Under the pieces are notes generated by a model that was given only the letters and a program-made list of their open reading frames with translations, was not told the origin of the DNA and did no database searches. Shown here piece after piece: positions 11,289 through 24,170 of a stretch of DNA of 64,000 bases (the stretch's first letter is position 1; every line of letters begins with the position of its first letter). Source of the DNA: Catajapyx aquilonaris (lineage: Eukaryota); NCBI GenBank assembly GCA_000934665.2, contig KZ538458.1, positions 1 to 64,000 on the forward strand, read 5' to 3'. The position numbers were made by a program, and so were the translations under genes.

Positions 11289-12585
11289 TTTGGGCTATTA
11301 ATTTTGCCTGCTTTATTGGACCATCGGCTGTGACATGGGCAATACTTTGAGCCTGGGTCAACCCCTTCCTCTTTCCCAACATTTTAAAACTGGACTGAAC
11401 AGTGAACTAAACTTGAAGGCAGAGCACCTATAGGAATCATGAGTCACAATCTTTCCCCCAAAGGTACTAAGGAAAGACAAAGATTGGAAACAAAGATATA
11501 ATTGGTTGCAGGGATATATTTTTTCAGGGGGGGGGGGGGGGAGANGGGGGAGACGTTTTCCGCCCACCTATGCAGTAGGCCTACTCCATGGATATTCTTT
11601 TTCGCCCATCACTTTGGTCTTGCAACTCCAGATTCAAATTAGTTCAAAATGTTTGATTTGTTTCACACTTTTTGCGCTATAGTTTGAGGGAAAATGAATT
11701 ATTCTATGAGCCACTTCTGAAAATGATGACATAATTTAGTACTAGATTGCAATGCAAACTTTCATATCCATAAGCACCAGTGAAAGAATACTGATGATAA
11801 TATTACTAAACATACACCCCCACTCCTTAAGTATGCATTTATTATTTTAACAGGTTTCAATACAGTACATCTCAGAAATAATTGTACTAGCTGTAACCCG
11901 AAATGTGGTTGCATTCTGGAATTAACCATATAGCCCCAATTTACATTTATATAGCATCAAGTTAGGTAGCATGTTCAGTGTGCCATCCATTTTTCTGTTT
12001 TCTAACGTTATGGAAAACTCCGCATTATTACGTTACATAATCCGTAGTTGTTCAGTGTAATTTTCCTGTAACTATATGGCACACTTTCCGTAAGCTTTAT
12101 CGTGCCGTTTGGATGTGGTCCGGTCATGCCCCACTTTCCGAACTGTCTGCCCATGTAGAAGTTGCCAAAGGGCCTTTTCCGATTTTGTGACTCCGAATGT
12201 GGAAGCATGACCAACAAAACAGCCAGGATCACTCATACTCTTCATGAAGAGGTACGTACAATGGGGAGCACATGAAACGTACCTTTGCCAGCAGCAATGA
12301 ACAAGTCAGAATGTGCTTATGGCCTATCTGATTTTTATAGATAATGTGTTTGTCATAAGTTGTTTCTCTGAGGGTCATTGACTGATAAAAGCACATTTAG
12401 AACAGGTTTGCATTGAATGTTCAATGACTTAACTGGCAAACATCATATTGAAATGCATCTGAAAATATGATACACTTTGGTTGTTTTTTTGAACCTGAAA
12501 TTGTTCATTGCGCAAATCCGTGCATATGCTGAGATAATGTGCATTGCAAAGATTGAACAAATATAGTTGAGTTACTTGAGTACTG

Positions 12586-12887
12586 GAACCGAAGCAGTGG
12601 TAGCGGAGGGCATATGGTATCCGACTGCTAATCGGGAGGTCCTGGGTTCGAATCCCGGTGGCGGCCGACCCTCGTGGTTTTCTGTGGTTTCCCATGGTCT
12701 CACCAGGAAAATTCTGGGGTCGTGTCCGTAATTGTAGGCCACAGCTGCTTCCTTCAGTCCCTATCCCATCCCCATATAAGAGAAGTAAAAAATTAAAAAT
12801 GAAAGCAAGAGTTCTAGATAAAATATAAAAAAATATGGTGGTGTCTCAACCCCCGAAGAGGGCCCATGTCTCTAGCAAGGTGTACAA

Positions 12888-12943
<56 letters not shown>

Positions 12944-13098
12944 TATTATTATTATTATTATTATTTATTTGTTATTTATTATTTATTTATTATTTATTAT
13001 TATTTATTATTTATTATTATTATTATTATTTATTATTATTAATTATTATTATTTATTATTATTTATTTATATTTATTTTTATTTTTATTTATTATTAG
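12586..13098 (+). mobile_element. tRNA-derived SINE family C, copy 1, with expanded (TTA)n tail
   Basis: B-box GGTTCGAATCCC; core GTGGTTTTCTGTGGTTTCCC...GGCCACAGCTGCTTCCTT; TSD TTGAGTACTG (12576-12585 / 13099-13108). Confidence 0.88.
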
Positions 13099-13199
13099 TT
13101 GAGTACTGAAAGTAGAAAAATTATTTGTCCACTTGGGTTTGATCTGACTTTTTCAATTGTTGGTTCACGTCGAAATTGACACATTCACATAATTAATAT

Positions 13200-15300
13200 G
13201 TAGAGTATAATTATAAATATAATAATAACAATAATTATTATTATCATCATCATCACCACCACCACCACCATCACGACCTTTCCCTATATAAAGGGGTAGT
13301 CAGCGATGACGGGAGCTAAAGCTAACCCAAAATATGAACTAAATTTAAAATAGTAAAACTATTAAATTCCTCCAAGTGACTGGAATATTCACCTCCAAAC
13401 GACCAGAACACCCACAGGCCAGCACGGAGAAACAGCATACGGAAATCCACACTTGAACTCCAAGTGCTGTGCAGGACAGAGAGAGAGGCAGAAACCCTTG
13501 CAAGCATGACTACCGGTGTCAACCTATGCATCACTGTGCAAGAGATATTTGCCAACCTTGTAGTTCTGCACAGCACCCAGAGCCCGAGTATGAACTTCCA
13601 GACGCCGACTCCTCCCACCAACCTGCAAACATTCTAGGCATTCGGAAGAATTCAAAAAGAATTTGCATAATTCTAAATACATGTATTCATCAGTTATTTC
13701 TTGATAACATGAGCACAGTCATGATTGTCACCTTCTACAAGCAATTACTACTTTTTGGATCAAATAATGCCTAAGGGATATGTTAGTAACCTACTCTTTC
13801 TCAACCATATCCTCTTCTACATCATCTGATGCAAAAAGGTGTTCATAGAAGGTTACACCATCTTCCAAGATTTTCCGCCTCGTCCACAATTTCCGGATGT
13901 CTCCCCACAAGATTCATTTTGGTCCACTTCATTCACAATGACCTCTACGAGGACAGTTCAAGGAATTTGATTTTTTTCCTCCTCCACATACAAAAACAAA
14001 TTTCAGACAAAATGAATGGTCATTATGGGATACGACTGATACAAGTGATGTAAAGTACGTATGGAAATATGGATGAAGTCCCATGGACAAAATAGAGATG
14101 AATTCCATTTGACAAAAATTGTGTTGCATTCTTGCATAGTGTTATCTATGAAGAACTACGCAGATTGTTACTGGTAACTGCGGGAAAAATCACAGGGTTG
14201 GTCGAGGCCTCATAGGCAAGTATTTTGAACTTAGGTACCCATGTCCGGAAATGCCCCCGTACTGGGGTATGGCCGTTTCCACTTTGGTCTGTTGCACCTG
14301 GAGGGTAGGCAACGCATCGTACTCGAAGCTTGCATTCATCAGGTGTTTTGCACTTGACACTCCCAATTGTTTTCACCTTCGCCTCCTCCACATGCGACAC
14401 CTGATGAACACAAGCTTCGAGTACGATGGGTTGCCTACCTACCAGGCGCAACAGACCAAAGGTGGAAACGGCCTCACCCCCATGAGCTCCTTACCTCCCT
14501 GGCAATGAGGCCTCACACTGCTTTTAACATCGTAATGAAAACGGTGTACCTTGGGGGTGACAAGAGTGAGCTGAATGTTGCAGAATTTCTATCAGGAGAA
14601 ACGACTGTCAGTGTAAGAGGATACCAACAGCAGATGTAATGGGTTTCCACCTTGGCTCAGTTAGACACCAAGGTCGTCCCAATAATGTGGAGGAAGGTGG
14701 TGGAAAATAAATTCACACAGGGTGACCGAACAAGCATCTCAGCATCTCCCAGACCTTCCCCAACTGGGGATGGTGATCAGCTCCTGTTGTTATCTTGCCA
14801 ATGGTTGATTTTACCGGTTTCACCAAATCCCACTGTGTTCATTGGGGTTGGGGTTGTCTTGGTATTTTCCCCCCTCCATAATTCCTAACCCTGGACAAAC
14901 CAGGACACCTACAGTTCAGGAGATGTGGTGTACTGTACACAATGAGATGTTACCACATGTTGTCTGCCATTGTTGGCCCATATCAGTAGCGTGTATCAAT
15001 ATGCAGTACTTGAGAGACTTAGAAGGCAACCAGCGCCAAGTAGTAAGTGGCAACCAGACAGTATTGCCGGTGTCCTTCGAACATCTCAACCTGGTTATTG
15101 CTCAGTGAATGAACCCTTTTGACCAATTGATGACAACTCCATTTGAGAATCATCCTGAGGTATTGGTGAAGGGCAGCAGACTAAACAGAACAGTAGTATG
15201 CAGCCACTGGCAAGCATTTCAGGTGACCCAACATCAGGAGGGTCAAAGTAGACACCGTTAATGTTGGGGCTTTGGGTAGCTGGGAACCTGCTAATTATCA
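13200..15300 (-). mobile_element. Highly decayed LINE-like relic (L1/Tx1-like ORF2 traces)
   Basis: Minus-strand KILEDGVTFYEHLFASDD near 13830-13880 resembles the I..FY..LY motif upstream of L1/Tx1 RT; simple-repeat tail near 13210-13275. Boundaries approximate. Confidence 0.35.
14271..14473. mobile_element. Hairpin MITE (PIF/Harbinger-like termini)
   Basis: GGCCGTTTCCAC...GTGGAAACGGCC with about 80-bp imperfect arms. Confidence 0.75.
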
Positions 15301-15578
15301 ACTCATGAGAAAATTAGGCAGAAGGGCTTACAATAAACTGTTTAAAAGCTATGCATAAGTGATGCCCTGAGATGTTATAATGTACTGTTGCATACATTGA
15401 GCCTATCACCCACATATTATAGTCGGACAGTCACATAGCCTTAGTTTGTTGCTTGGGCTTCTTCCAGCTCAATCATGCAGTAAATGAAAAAAAAAAAAAA
15501 AAATGCAGGACATGACAGAAGAAATTTGTATCAGAGTTAAGCAGTTATTATGCTAATGAAATTGTTCTACCCTTGTAG

Positions 15579-15778
15579 GGTCTGAATATTACCCAAGATG
15601 GTGCTGCTAATGCCAGTCCAAACAACGAGCAGGATCCCAAAGGGGACCAGGAAACGCAATATCTCCTGAGAAAGATCATCAGGAAGGGGTTGATTGAGAA
15701 CAAGAATGACGTGGAGATTCAGAGACGAAATCCCAATTCACCTCTCTACTCCATAAAGACATTTGAGGCGCTGAATCT
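15579..15778 (+). CDS. DDX19: DDX19/DBP5 DEAD-box helicase, exon 2
   Basis: TAG|GGT CTG...; encodes LLRKIIRKGLIENKNDVEIQRRNPNSPLYSIKTFEALN, the DDX19-specific N-terminal segment; donor CT|GTAAGT. Confidence 0.93.
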
Positions 15779-15867
15779 GTAAGTTGAAGTTAGAGGAAGA
15801 ATATGGAAGAATTTTGTCACTGTTGAAAGCACTTTTATAATTTGTGATTTCTGTTTATTTTGTGAAG

Positions 15868-15960
15868 GCCTGCAAACCTGCTGAAGGGTCTGTATGATAT
15901 GGGATATGATTCACCATCCAAGATTCAAGAAGCTGCCCTTCCTACCTTGATGGCTGATCC
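15868..15960 (+). CDS. DDX19: DDX19 exon 3 (Q motif)
   Basis: LLKGLYDMGYDSPSKIQEAALPTLMAD; AG/GT borders, phases 2/2 consistent. Confidence 0.95.
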
Positions 15961-16423
15961 GTAAGTCAACACGTGCTTTACCAATGTTAACTTTTCTCAA
16001 GGCTTGAATTTGATTAGGTAGTAAAATGATTGGGCGTTAATTTGTAGATCATCTGGAGTGTGTTAATTGCTGGATGATGATGGTGAATTTGACAAGTAGT
16101 GGAGCTAAAAATCCCAGTAAATCCTAGTAGATAGTGAAAGAGAAAAAACTTCACCTGCATTTTAGTTTACTTTTGACAACTTTTTGCAGCCTACTAACAG
16201 GGGGTCATTACTGGATTAGTCCAGCAGAAAACTAAAATCTATGTGGACCTTGTAAACCCAACTCATCTTGGATTAACCTCAGACTAGCTTTGTTGTGTGT
16301 CTTGAGCCCATGCCAATGCTATTGCAACCAATGTCAGGCCTTGTCAGTGTTTTTGAACATAAATTAGTGTTTTTGTGGTGTACAGTTTGGTACAATATTC
16401 CATAATGGTTTGTGCTGCTTCAG

Positions 16424-16526
16424 GCCCCAAAACATGATTGCCCAGTCTCAGTCTGGCACAGGGAAGACTGCTGCTTTCGTTCTGGCAATGCTGAGTCGAG
16501 TAGATCCTGACAAGAAGTACCCGCAG
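16424..16526 (+). CDS. DDX19: DDX19 exon 4 (motif I)
   Basis: PQNMIAQSQSGTGKTAAFVLAMLSRVD; CAG| acceptor, CAG|GTAAG donor. Confidence 0.97.
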
Positions 16527-16604
16527 GTAAGGAATGATTGGGAAAGACATGGCATATTGCGCTACCTCCCTGGTATGAAATATTTTATGTTCCTTAACTT
16601 TCAG

Positions 16605-16719
16605 TCCCTTTGCTTGTCCCCAACCTATGAACTTGCACTCCAAACAGCAACTGTCACCAAGAAAATGGCCAAGTATTGCCGAGACTTACAGATTAAGTTG
16701 GCTGTTCGAGGGGAGAACA
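16605..16719 (+). CDS. DDX19: DDX19 exon 5 (motif Ia)
   Basis: SLCLSPTYELALQT...AVRGEN; PTYELA is typical of DDX19; phase-1 donor A|GTACGT. Confidence 0.95.
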
Positions 16720-17091
16720 GTACGTTGTTTCTAATTTCTTAGAGGTCATCATCAGTACATACATTATTAGACCCTCTGCCTGCGCAGTAATTTCAAAAAC
16801 CGTAAGAGCCAGTTGGCCTTTTTTTGTCTTGACTTCTTCCCAATCAACTAACCAAACAAACAAAAAGGCCATCTACTTGATTGGTTGAGACATATTTTCC
16901 AGATGATGTGACAGTTATTTGCTATGCTAGCACAGACAACAATTCGGTGACAAATCTTTACCCAAATTGCCAGCAACAAATACATACATGGTGTTCCAAG
17001 TATATTGGTACTTTTAGTTAGAGGAAATTTTGCTCGAAACTAATTTTTTTTTTTGAAGCTCATTGGGCCCTGATCCAGGTCTCCTATTCTA

Positions 17092-17462
17092 CAGGGTAGT
17101 CACGAATTCGCCTGCCAAAATGGTATGGGGGTGCGTATGATAAACACATGGCATGGGCCTGAAAGGCCGTTGATGCTATGTTTAGCAGGAGATGTCGACC
17201 TTTGACATCTACGATGTCCATCCTGACAAGTATGGAAACCCCTGGCCATGCCTGCGTTACTGATTGCCTGTTCCAGGCGCTTGCACTCCTACACCATTGC
17301 CTGACCCTGGCAACCAGCGATGCAGGGATCAATGCACGGGGTATCCATACTCTTGTCAGGATGGACAGCTTTGACGGCCTTTCGAGCCCATGCCATGCTT
17401 CTTCCATGCTCACCTCCTACCACCCATATCATTTTGGTAGGTATGAATTTGTGACCACCCTG
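17092..17462. mobile_element. Tc1/mariner-type MITE
   Basis: TA|CAGGGTAGTCACGAATTC...GAATTTGTGACCACCCTG|TA with long degenerate arms. Confidence 0.8.
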
Positions 17463-17837
17463 TACAACAAGGCAGTGCTACATTCGACCACCTGATACAG
17501 TAAAGAGATCTCTGGATCGGGGCATAACAAGCTACACAAAAATAACTACTTTGGATGATATTAGTGATAACTAATAACAACCCACAAACTTGCAACACCA
17601 CATATAAGAATATTCTGTATGCCTTCGGACCAATGCACCTATGACAAATGTGCCTGCAATGTGATGAACTTTTGTATGGTTAGCTGCATTGGCACCAGCT
17701 CAGGTTGAGTCAAAATGGCAGCATCTGGAAAGCAACTGCGACAATAAATGTAGCTAGGGTAATATGTGCTGCTGATGACCATGATGATATCTATTCAGTT
17801 TCAAAATCCTTTCGAATGATTTATTTCTCTGATAAAG

Positions 17838-18015
17838 TGGCTGCAGGGGAAAATATTGAAGAGCAGGTTATTATTGGCACCCCTGGAAAAGTTCTGGATT
17901 GGTGTCTGAAGTACGGAGTCCTTGACTTGAAACAGCTAAAAGTATTTGTTTTGGATGAAGCTGACATCATGATCAGTCAGCAGGGGCACCAGGACCAGAG
18001 CATACGCATCCACAA
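17838..18015 (+). CDS. DDX19: DDX19 exon 6 (motifs Ic and II DEAD)
   Basis: VIIGTPGKVLDW...VFVLDEADIMISQQGHQDQSIRIH. An in-frame alternative acceptor lies 9 nt downstream (exon start 17847). Confidence 0.95.
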
Positions 18016-18721
18016 GTAAGTTTACACAGCAGTATTATTTGCTCCAGTTTTGTCCTAACTTACTGTTAGTTAAGTCACCAATTTCTGCATATACGAGTAC
18101 ATCATAGAAAAAATTAACATTTCTCTCAAAGTGAGGAAAGCCTTGTTAGTGATGTCAAAGGTGGAAAGATGTTAATTTTTCCATGATGTGTAAAGAACAG
18201 ATTTTTAGGTTCCAAAAACCCATCAAAAAGGTAGGGATACAGTTCCTGAAAACATTAAACTGGGCTATTAAATAGGCAGTAAAAATGAATCAGCTTCTAA
18301 CTTTTTTTCATTCTGATACAGTATTGCAGCCTACTCTTGGCAGCACAATAACACACTAGCAGTTGCTGGTTCCATTGGCGGTTAGTTGGTGATGCCTGTC
18401 TGACAACACATCATTAGGCCTATACTCGTATGATGCAGAAAATTACATTTCGACGTCACACGAAGTATAACTGGATTATGCGTGAAAAGTGATGAAAAGT
18501 TAATCTGGCATACCTACAACTTCTTTGCCCATCACAGGTTGAAGTGGAAGGAAAGCATTGAACGGAAAACCCACAGAACTCTCGCAAATCTTACAGAACG
18601 GTGTCAAAAAGGTGGAGATATGCGCTAATAAGCCACTTAGGTTCCAATGCCCTGAATATGCAATTTTAGGTTCTACTATATTAAAACTTATGACTTTTGA
18701 GGTCCTTGTGTTATAAAAGAA

Positions 18722-19434
18722 CGATGGCTAGTCGGAAAATAAGTTTCGCGATGCTACAGTTTCGACGCCATGCGATGGACAGAGTAAAAACGAGCATAAG
18801 CAGATACATTGATCCTTCCTCTACTTTACAGGACAGGTAGGCGCCTTCTTGCAGCTTATGTGCAGGCGCGGCAGCTGTTGGAGGAGGCCAAGTGGCGAGC
18901 CGAGCGTGTCCACCCATATGCCTCCAGGAAAAGTCATGCCAGACTGCCAGTGTCGGTCACATGGACTAAGACAGAAGATGCTCGCTACCAGTGGTCGACA
19001 ATTGACATACGATATTCATCACTGGCTAGTGGAGTGTATGATCCGGAGATGTCGTGTCTGAGCACATGGTTCGGCGATATGGTGCCAGCAATTTTAGAAT
19101 AAGCTCGCAAGTGTAAAGAACAACCAGAGACACGAACTACCAGCCACAGCAATGACCAACAGTGTATGCAAGTGTCCTCACTTGTGCCTTAGTCCATGTG
19201 ACCAACACTCTGCCTGGCATGACATTTCCTGGAGGAATGTGGGCTGGCATGCTCTGCTGGCCACTGGGTCTTGTCCAACGGCTGCCGTCCCGGCGCATAA
19301 GTTGCAAGAAGGCGCCTACCCAGCCTATAAAGTAGAAGAAGGATCAACGTACCTGCCTGTGCTCCTCTCTACCCTGTCCATTGCATGGCGTCAAAACTGG
19401 AGCATCGCGAAACTTCTTTTCCAACTAGCCCTCG
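18722..19434. mobile_element. Mariner-derived fold-back element built from two 5' ends
   Basis: About 255-bp inverted arms ending ...CTAGCCCTCG|TA. Spacer encodes a decayed HTH region: DIHHWLVE...VSEHMVRR-WCQQF*NKLASVKNNQRHELPATA. Confidence 0.85.
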
Positions 19435-19602
19435 TATATTATTTATTCCGGTTCCTGTCTTCTGCCTATACAGAATAAAGAGTAGGCAAAAACGTAAAAA
19501 TCCGTTCTTTACTTATTGCATGGTGCATGATATCAGCTCCTTGAAATGCTTGATCACGTTACCTAATGTGTCACTTACGAGTTCCTTACCACCTTTCTGC
19601 AG

Positions 19603-20006
19603 GACCCTGCCTGACATTTGCCAAAGGATGCTATTTTCAGCTACGTATGATGATGAAGTGTTGGAGTTTGCTGACGCCATCATTCCCAACACCCCCTTGA
19701 TCCTCCGCCTGAAGCGAGAGGAGGAATGCTTGACCAATGTCAAGCAGTTATATGTGACCTGCCCTACGCAGGATGAGAAATACCGTGCTATAGCCAACAT
19801 TTATGGGGTGGTAACTATTGGTCAGGCTCTGATCTTCTGCCGCACACGTAGAACAGCCACGTGGTTGGCAGACAAAATGGGTACTGACGGCCATGCTGTG
19901 GCGCTGCTGACCGGAGAGCTTACCACTGAGCAGAGGGCAGCTGTGATAGAACGCTTTAGGGAAGGGTTGGTTAAAGTTATCATCACCACCAATCTTCTGT
20001 CTAGAG
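19603..20006 (+). CDS. DDX19: DDX19 exon 7 (motifs III SAT, IV, IVa, V)
   Basis: MLFSATYD...IGQALIFCRTRRTA...QRAAVIERFREG..VIITTNLLSRG. Confidence 0.97.
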
Positions 20007-20451
20007 GTGTGTGTATTTTTGAGTTCTTCCTGGTTGGAAAGTGGGTAGCAATAATGAGTTTAACATTTGTTTGTGACACAGTACAAACTTCAATAATTGA
20101 TTAATTAATTAATAATTTTAATGCCTTTCTTATTTTTAATAGTGCATATTGAGTGTGGTGCATTTGTGTCACATTAACCTAGACTCCTAGAGGTTTAATG
20201 TCATTTCAAAAATAAATAACTATAGTTATTTATTTTTGAAATGAAATGAAACCTTACTTTTAAATTTGTGGTATTATAGTATTTGTCATATGGTTTTAAT
20301 TGACCAGTGGTAATCATTTGAAATGTAATTTTTTGAGAAAACCTTACTTCTTCATATCTTAAGTGTACAAAGAGTTGTTTTTTTTTGTTTTGTTTTTTTT
20401 TTGTATTTTTTTTCCATTACTGCATGGTGATATTGATTTTTATTTGCACAG

Positions 20452-20643
20452 GAATTGACGTTGAGCAGACCACCTTGGTGGTGAACTACGATCTGCCCAT
20501 TGATCAAATAGGAAGAGCCAGCTGTGAGACCTACTTACATCGCATAGGTCGCACCGGAAGGTTCGGAAAGGCGGGACTTGCCATCAACCTGGTGGAGGAT
20601 GACCATTCCCTAAATGTGCTCAAGCAGATCGAGAATCACTTTG
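20452..20643 (+). CDS. DDX19: DDX19 exon 8 (motifs Va, VI)
   Basis: [15 protein letters not shown]...[23 protein letters not shown]. Confidence 0.97.
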
Positions 20644-20656
20644 GTTAGTTATAACT

Positions 20657-20982
20657 GATTTGTTCAAATGTGTTAAAATTTATTTTACCCCATGATAGAG
20701 AACAATGCTCATATGGGGGGGGGGNGGGCACACCACCATCAGTTTTCTGCGTTCAATTTGATCTTCAGTCTCTGGTGCAAGGAATCAAGGACCTAGGGTA
20801 GGGAGGGCCAAGGGTGCAAGTGCAATGTCGGTACACTGGTCATGTGCAGTCCCCCAGGAGGTTATGTTGCCTGACACCTCCAAGCCGCGGGTCAGGCCCT
20901 TCTGATGCAGGCGAAAGGGAAATACCAGGCAGGGATCGAACCTAGGACCTCAGTAAGCCGAGCCGGTCACCATGCCTACCCG
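20657..20982 (-). mobile_element. tRNA-derived SINE family B, copy 2
   Basis: Similar to 10946-11288; TSD TAGTTATAACT (20646-20656 / 20983-20993); tail ...CATGGGGTAAAATA on the minus strand. Confidence 0.8.
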
Positions 20983-21434
20983 TAGTTATAACTTATTATT
21001 ACAGGTTAAAAAAGTGCAGTCAAGTTTATGTAAAAATTTGTGGAGTCTGGAGCAGTGGTTTTCCAAGTGGGCCATTGCAAAGACCCTCTAGGTCTAGTGG
21101 GGCTGTGAACGTATCAAAATTTCAATTTTTTATTGGAGTTGATTAGCAAATGGCAGTATGCATATGGGATTAAGTGGGCCATGCCATGAATAACTTAGTA
21201 TGCTTCCACAGACATTCCATACACCTTAAGTGTTAAAGTCCTTTCCTATAGGACTTAGGGATGGGAGTGCACCTGTGCAATGACAAAAAAATCAGCTGGA
21301 CACTCTATTTCCTGATGCTACCCTCGTCCATGTTTTCTGCCAGGCACTTCCTGAACTGAAAGTCTGTAGTAACTAGCAGTGCGACGAAAATTCCACCCAT
21401 AGTATATTGCTACTGTTCTTCTTTCTCTTTGCAG

Positions 21435-21502
21435 GCCGGAAAATTGTCAAACTGGACAGTGACAATGTGGATGAACTGGAAAAGCTCTTCCAGGATTACT
21501 AA
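21435..21502 (+). CDS. DDX19: DDX19 terminal exon 9
   Basis: Polypyrimidine tract + CAG|GC CGG; RKIVKLDSDNVDELEKLFQDY*. Spliced total is 1404 nt (467 aa) with either first exon. Confidence 0.93.
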
Positions 21503-21612
21503 ATTTTTTTTTCCATGTCTGTGGTTGATAAAGAGTTGTATACGGAGATGTTGTCACAAGGGATGTATATCACTTATTTAAGTTTTTTTCAAGGTGCAAA
21601 TGGCCTTATTAA

Positions 21613-22131
21613 CCTGTTGAGGACCACGGAAGTCATATGACTTCCTGCTGGTTTTTGAACTGGGAGCACTAGAGTTTACACAAAAATGGCGCAGTTTGAG
21701 GCTCAAACTGCTCCTACCACCTCGTGGAAGGGGGCTCAATCATCACGGCTTATGCTAATCAGTTTTCCCGCCTCCCAGCGGGAGCTAAGCATACCCCCTC
21801 CCGCCTGAAAGTTTTTGACAACATGTGACGTCTGGACTCGTAGTAATTTCTCAAAGTACAGTGTTTTAGTAGTATTATGTAACCACAGTAACAATTTTAT
21901 AGTGACGTTAAAAATTTAAATAAATTTAATTACGTTACAAGTTAATTGCACGTTAAAAAATTTTTTGGACCACCCTGTAGATGAATTTTTTCGGCATTTT
22001 ACAGTCAAAAGGACCACCATGAGTTGAAATGATAAATATTGGAGCATATTGTTTTTCATTAATATTACTCCTACTAGATTTTTTTTTCATAAAGAGACTA
22101 AAATGGCCAAAAAAACTCGGCCCTCAACAGG
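21613..22131. mobile_element. piggyBac-type MITE
   Basis: TTAA|CCTGTTGAGG...CCTCAACAGG|TTAA. Confidence 0.85.
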
Positions 22132-24170
22132 TTAATAATACCTTGTTGCCAGATCTTTTCAAATATTAGCATACTAGAATCATTGAGAAGTTCCATAAAG
22201 TAGTAGTGTCATAGTGATTGATTGTGAAAATGGCAGCAAGCTGGATGCCATGTTCTCCAGAAAGTCACACATGAGTGCATGATTTTCTAAAAAGAATTCA
22301 GTGTCAATGACACTTGTATGTTCTGTTTTGCCATATGCCTCACATCTTTCTAAGTCCCCTTTTCATAAGTTCTGTTTTGTTTGTGGTGGGTCACAAAGCC
22401 ATGATTTTTTGAAAACTCTTAATTTTAAACATGCTGTTAACCCTGTTGTCAGCCACAGTGCACAACTGACTCTTTTTTTCTGTGAAATTAAAATACGGTG
22501 GATAAAACCTTTCTTGTTGTGTTTCCTTGCATTGGTTGTCAGAATAGTAATACTACCACTTGTAGCCTGCATCACAGAAAACTTGCTGTTTCCTCTTTAT
22601 TGGCATCTCATCAACATGCACAATCACATTATGCTGCAATTTCACTAACATTTTTTGGAAACTGGCGACATTTCGTTTCAGGGGAAAGGAATGGACAGGA
22701 TGCCAGGACAGGGAGTGTAGGGCTTAGGTCATCCTACAAACATAGTCAGATTTCCAGATCTAATATCCTATGCTTTTCAGCTCTCTTCTTCATTATGTAC
22801 ATGAAAATTACAACCAGAGCCTTAATTATTAAGGTTCTCAAAAGAATTAGAGTGCAAAGTAATTTAAGTTTGGTGGCTGTTGTTTAATGTACGTAATTTT
22901 AAAATTGTACAAAGCAATTCAAAAAGTCACTCCATATGGACATTATGTACGTTTAACAATAAAGGTGTGTTCACAAGCTCATGCGAAACACCTTTCCAGT
23001 CTGTTTTGGAAGCAAGTTGCACGCCATTAGCTTTCTAACACTTGTAGCCCATGGCATGAGCCAATTTGGTGCAACTCTGCCAAAAAGTGTGGCAAATAGT
23101 GTTTCTTGTGAGCTTCTGAACACTTTTAGTTGTTATTATTTTCTTCGCCTGGATATCCCCATGCAAACTTCAGTCCTGTTACAAGGTTGACTGTATTCCA
23201 CAGCAATAAATTTTTTAAGTGTAAGCTGTTTCTAAGAATATTAAGTTAAAAAGTGCAACTCAGTTTTTCCCTCATTCTTCTCTGAGTTGTGGAATTCTGG
23301 CTTGAAAGTCAAGAATTTGTATTAAATTTTTTTATATTCAAAGGCCACAGAAGGCTCTAGGAACCTTCCACAATTGTAATTTTAATTTGTACAGAAATAA
23401 TAATAGATAATGCCCTATTTTTATACCTGCATATTGTTCACTAAATAAAATCAAAGATTGCAAAGTACACACCTGCTGCACTGTGATATAGCTCTTCAAC
23501 AAGGGCAGTAAGTGGGGATAAATGAATGGACACACATCAATTTCTCGAAGGTTCAAGTTTAGTGAATAATGTGCAACTTTGAAAATTAAAGAACGTCTAA
23601 CATTGCCACAGTAAATTAAAATCAATACTTGGGAAGGTTCCTAGTACTCTTTATGGCTAATTTTAAGTGCCGAAAAGTTACTAATATGCATAATTTTCGA
23701 GCCTCAATTTGCATAACCCAAAAGAAGACAGGGAAAAAAATCAGAGTTTAAATTTTTCCCATAATTTTATTATGAACTTCCAATAAAATTCATAGTACAC
23801 AGGAAAGCCAACAGAAGAACTGATCCCTTATGGAATTGATTTGAAATACTCCACAAGTGCTATGAAAAAGAAAACTTTAGAAAACCTGTGCCTGAATTGC
23901 TTCTACAATAAAAGAATTTTGCATCTCATCTGTTGTGGGCTCTCTCATTGACAAAAATTTAACACTGACCAGGTATAACACAAATCTGTGGTAGTGTTGA
24001 GAGTCATCTTACCATAAGAAGGAAAATCAACATTGTCGACAGAAAAATGGGAGATCTACGATTGGTCTGGTATTTAACAAGTTGATACAAATGGAGGCGA
24101 GTGGATTCAATGGCTAACAGATATGTTGCAACTCTGCTCTTAACATGGACTCAGGAGTAAAGTATTTATA

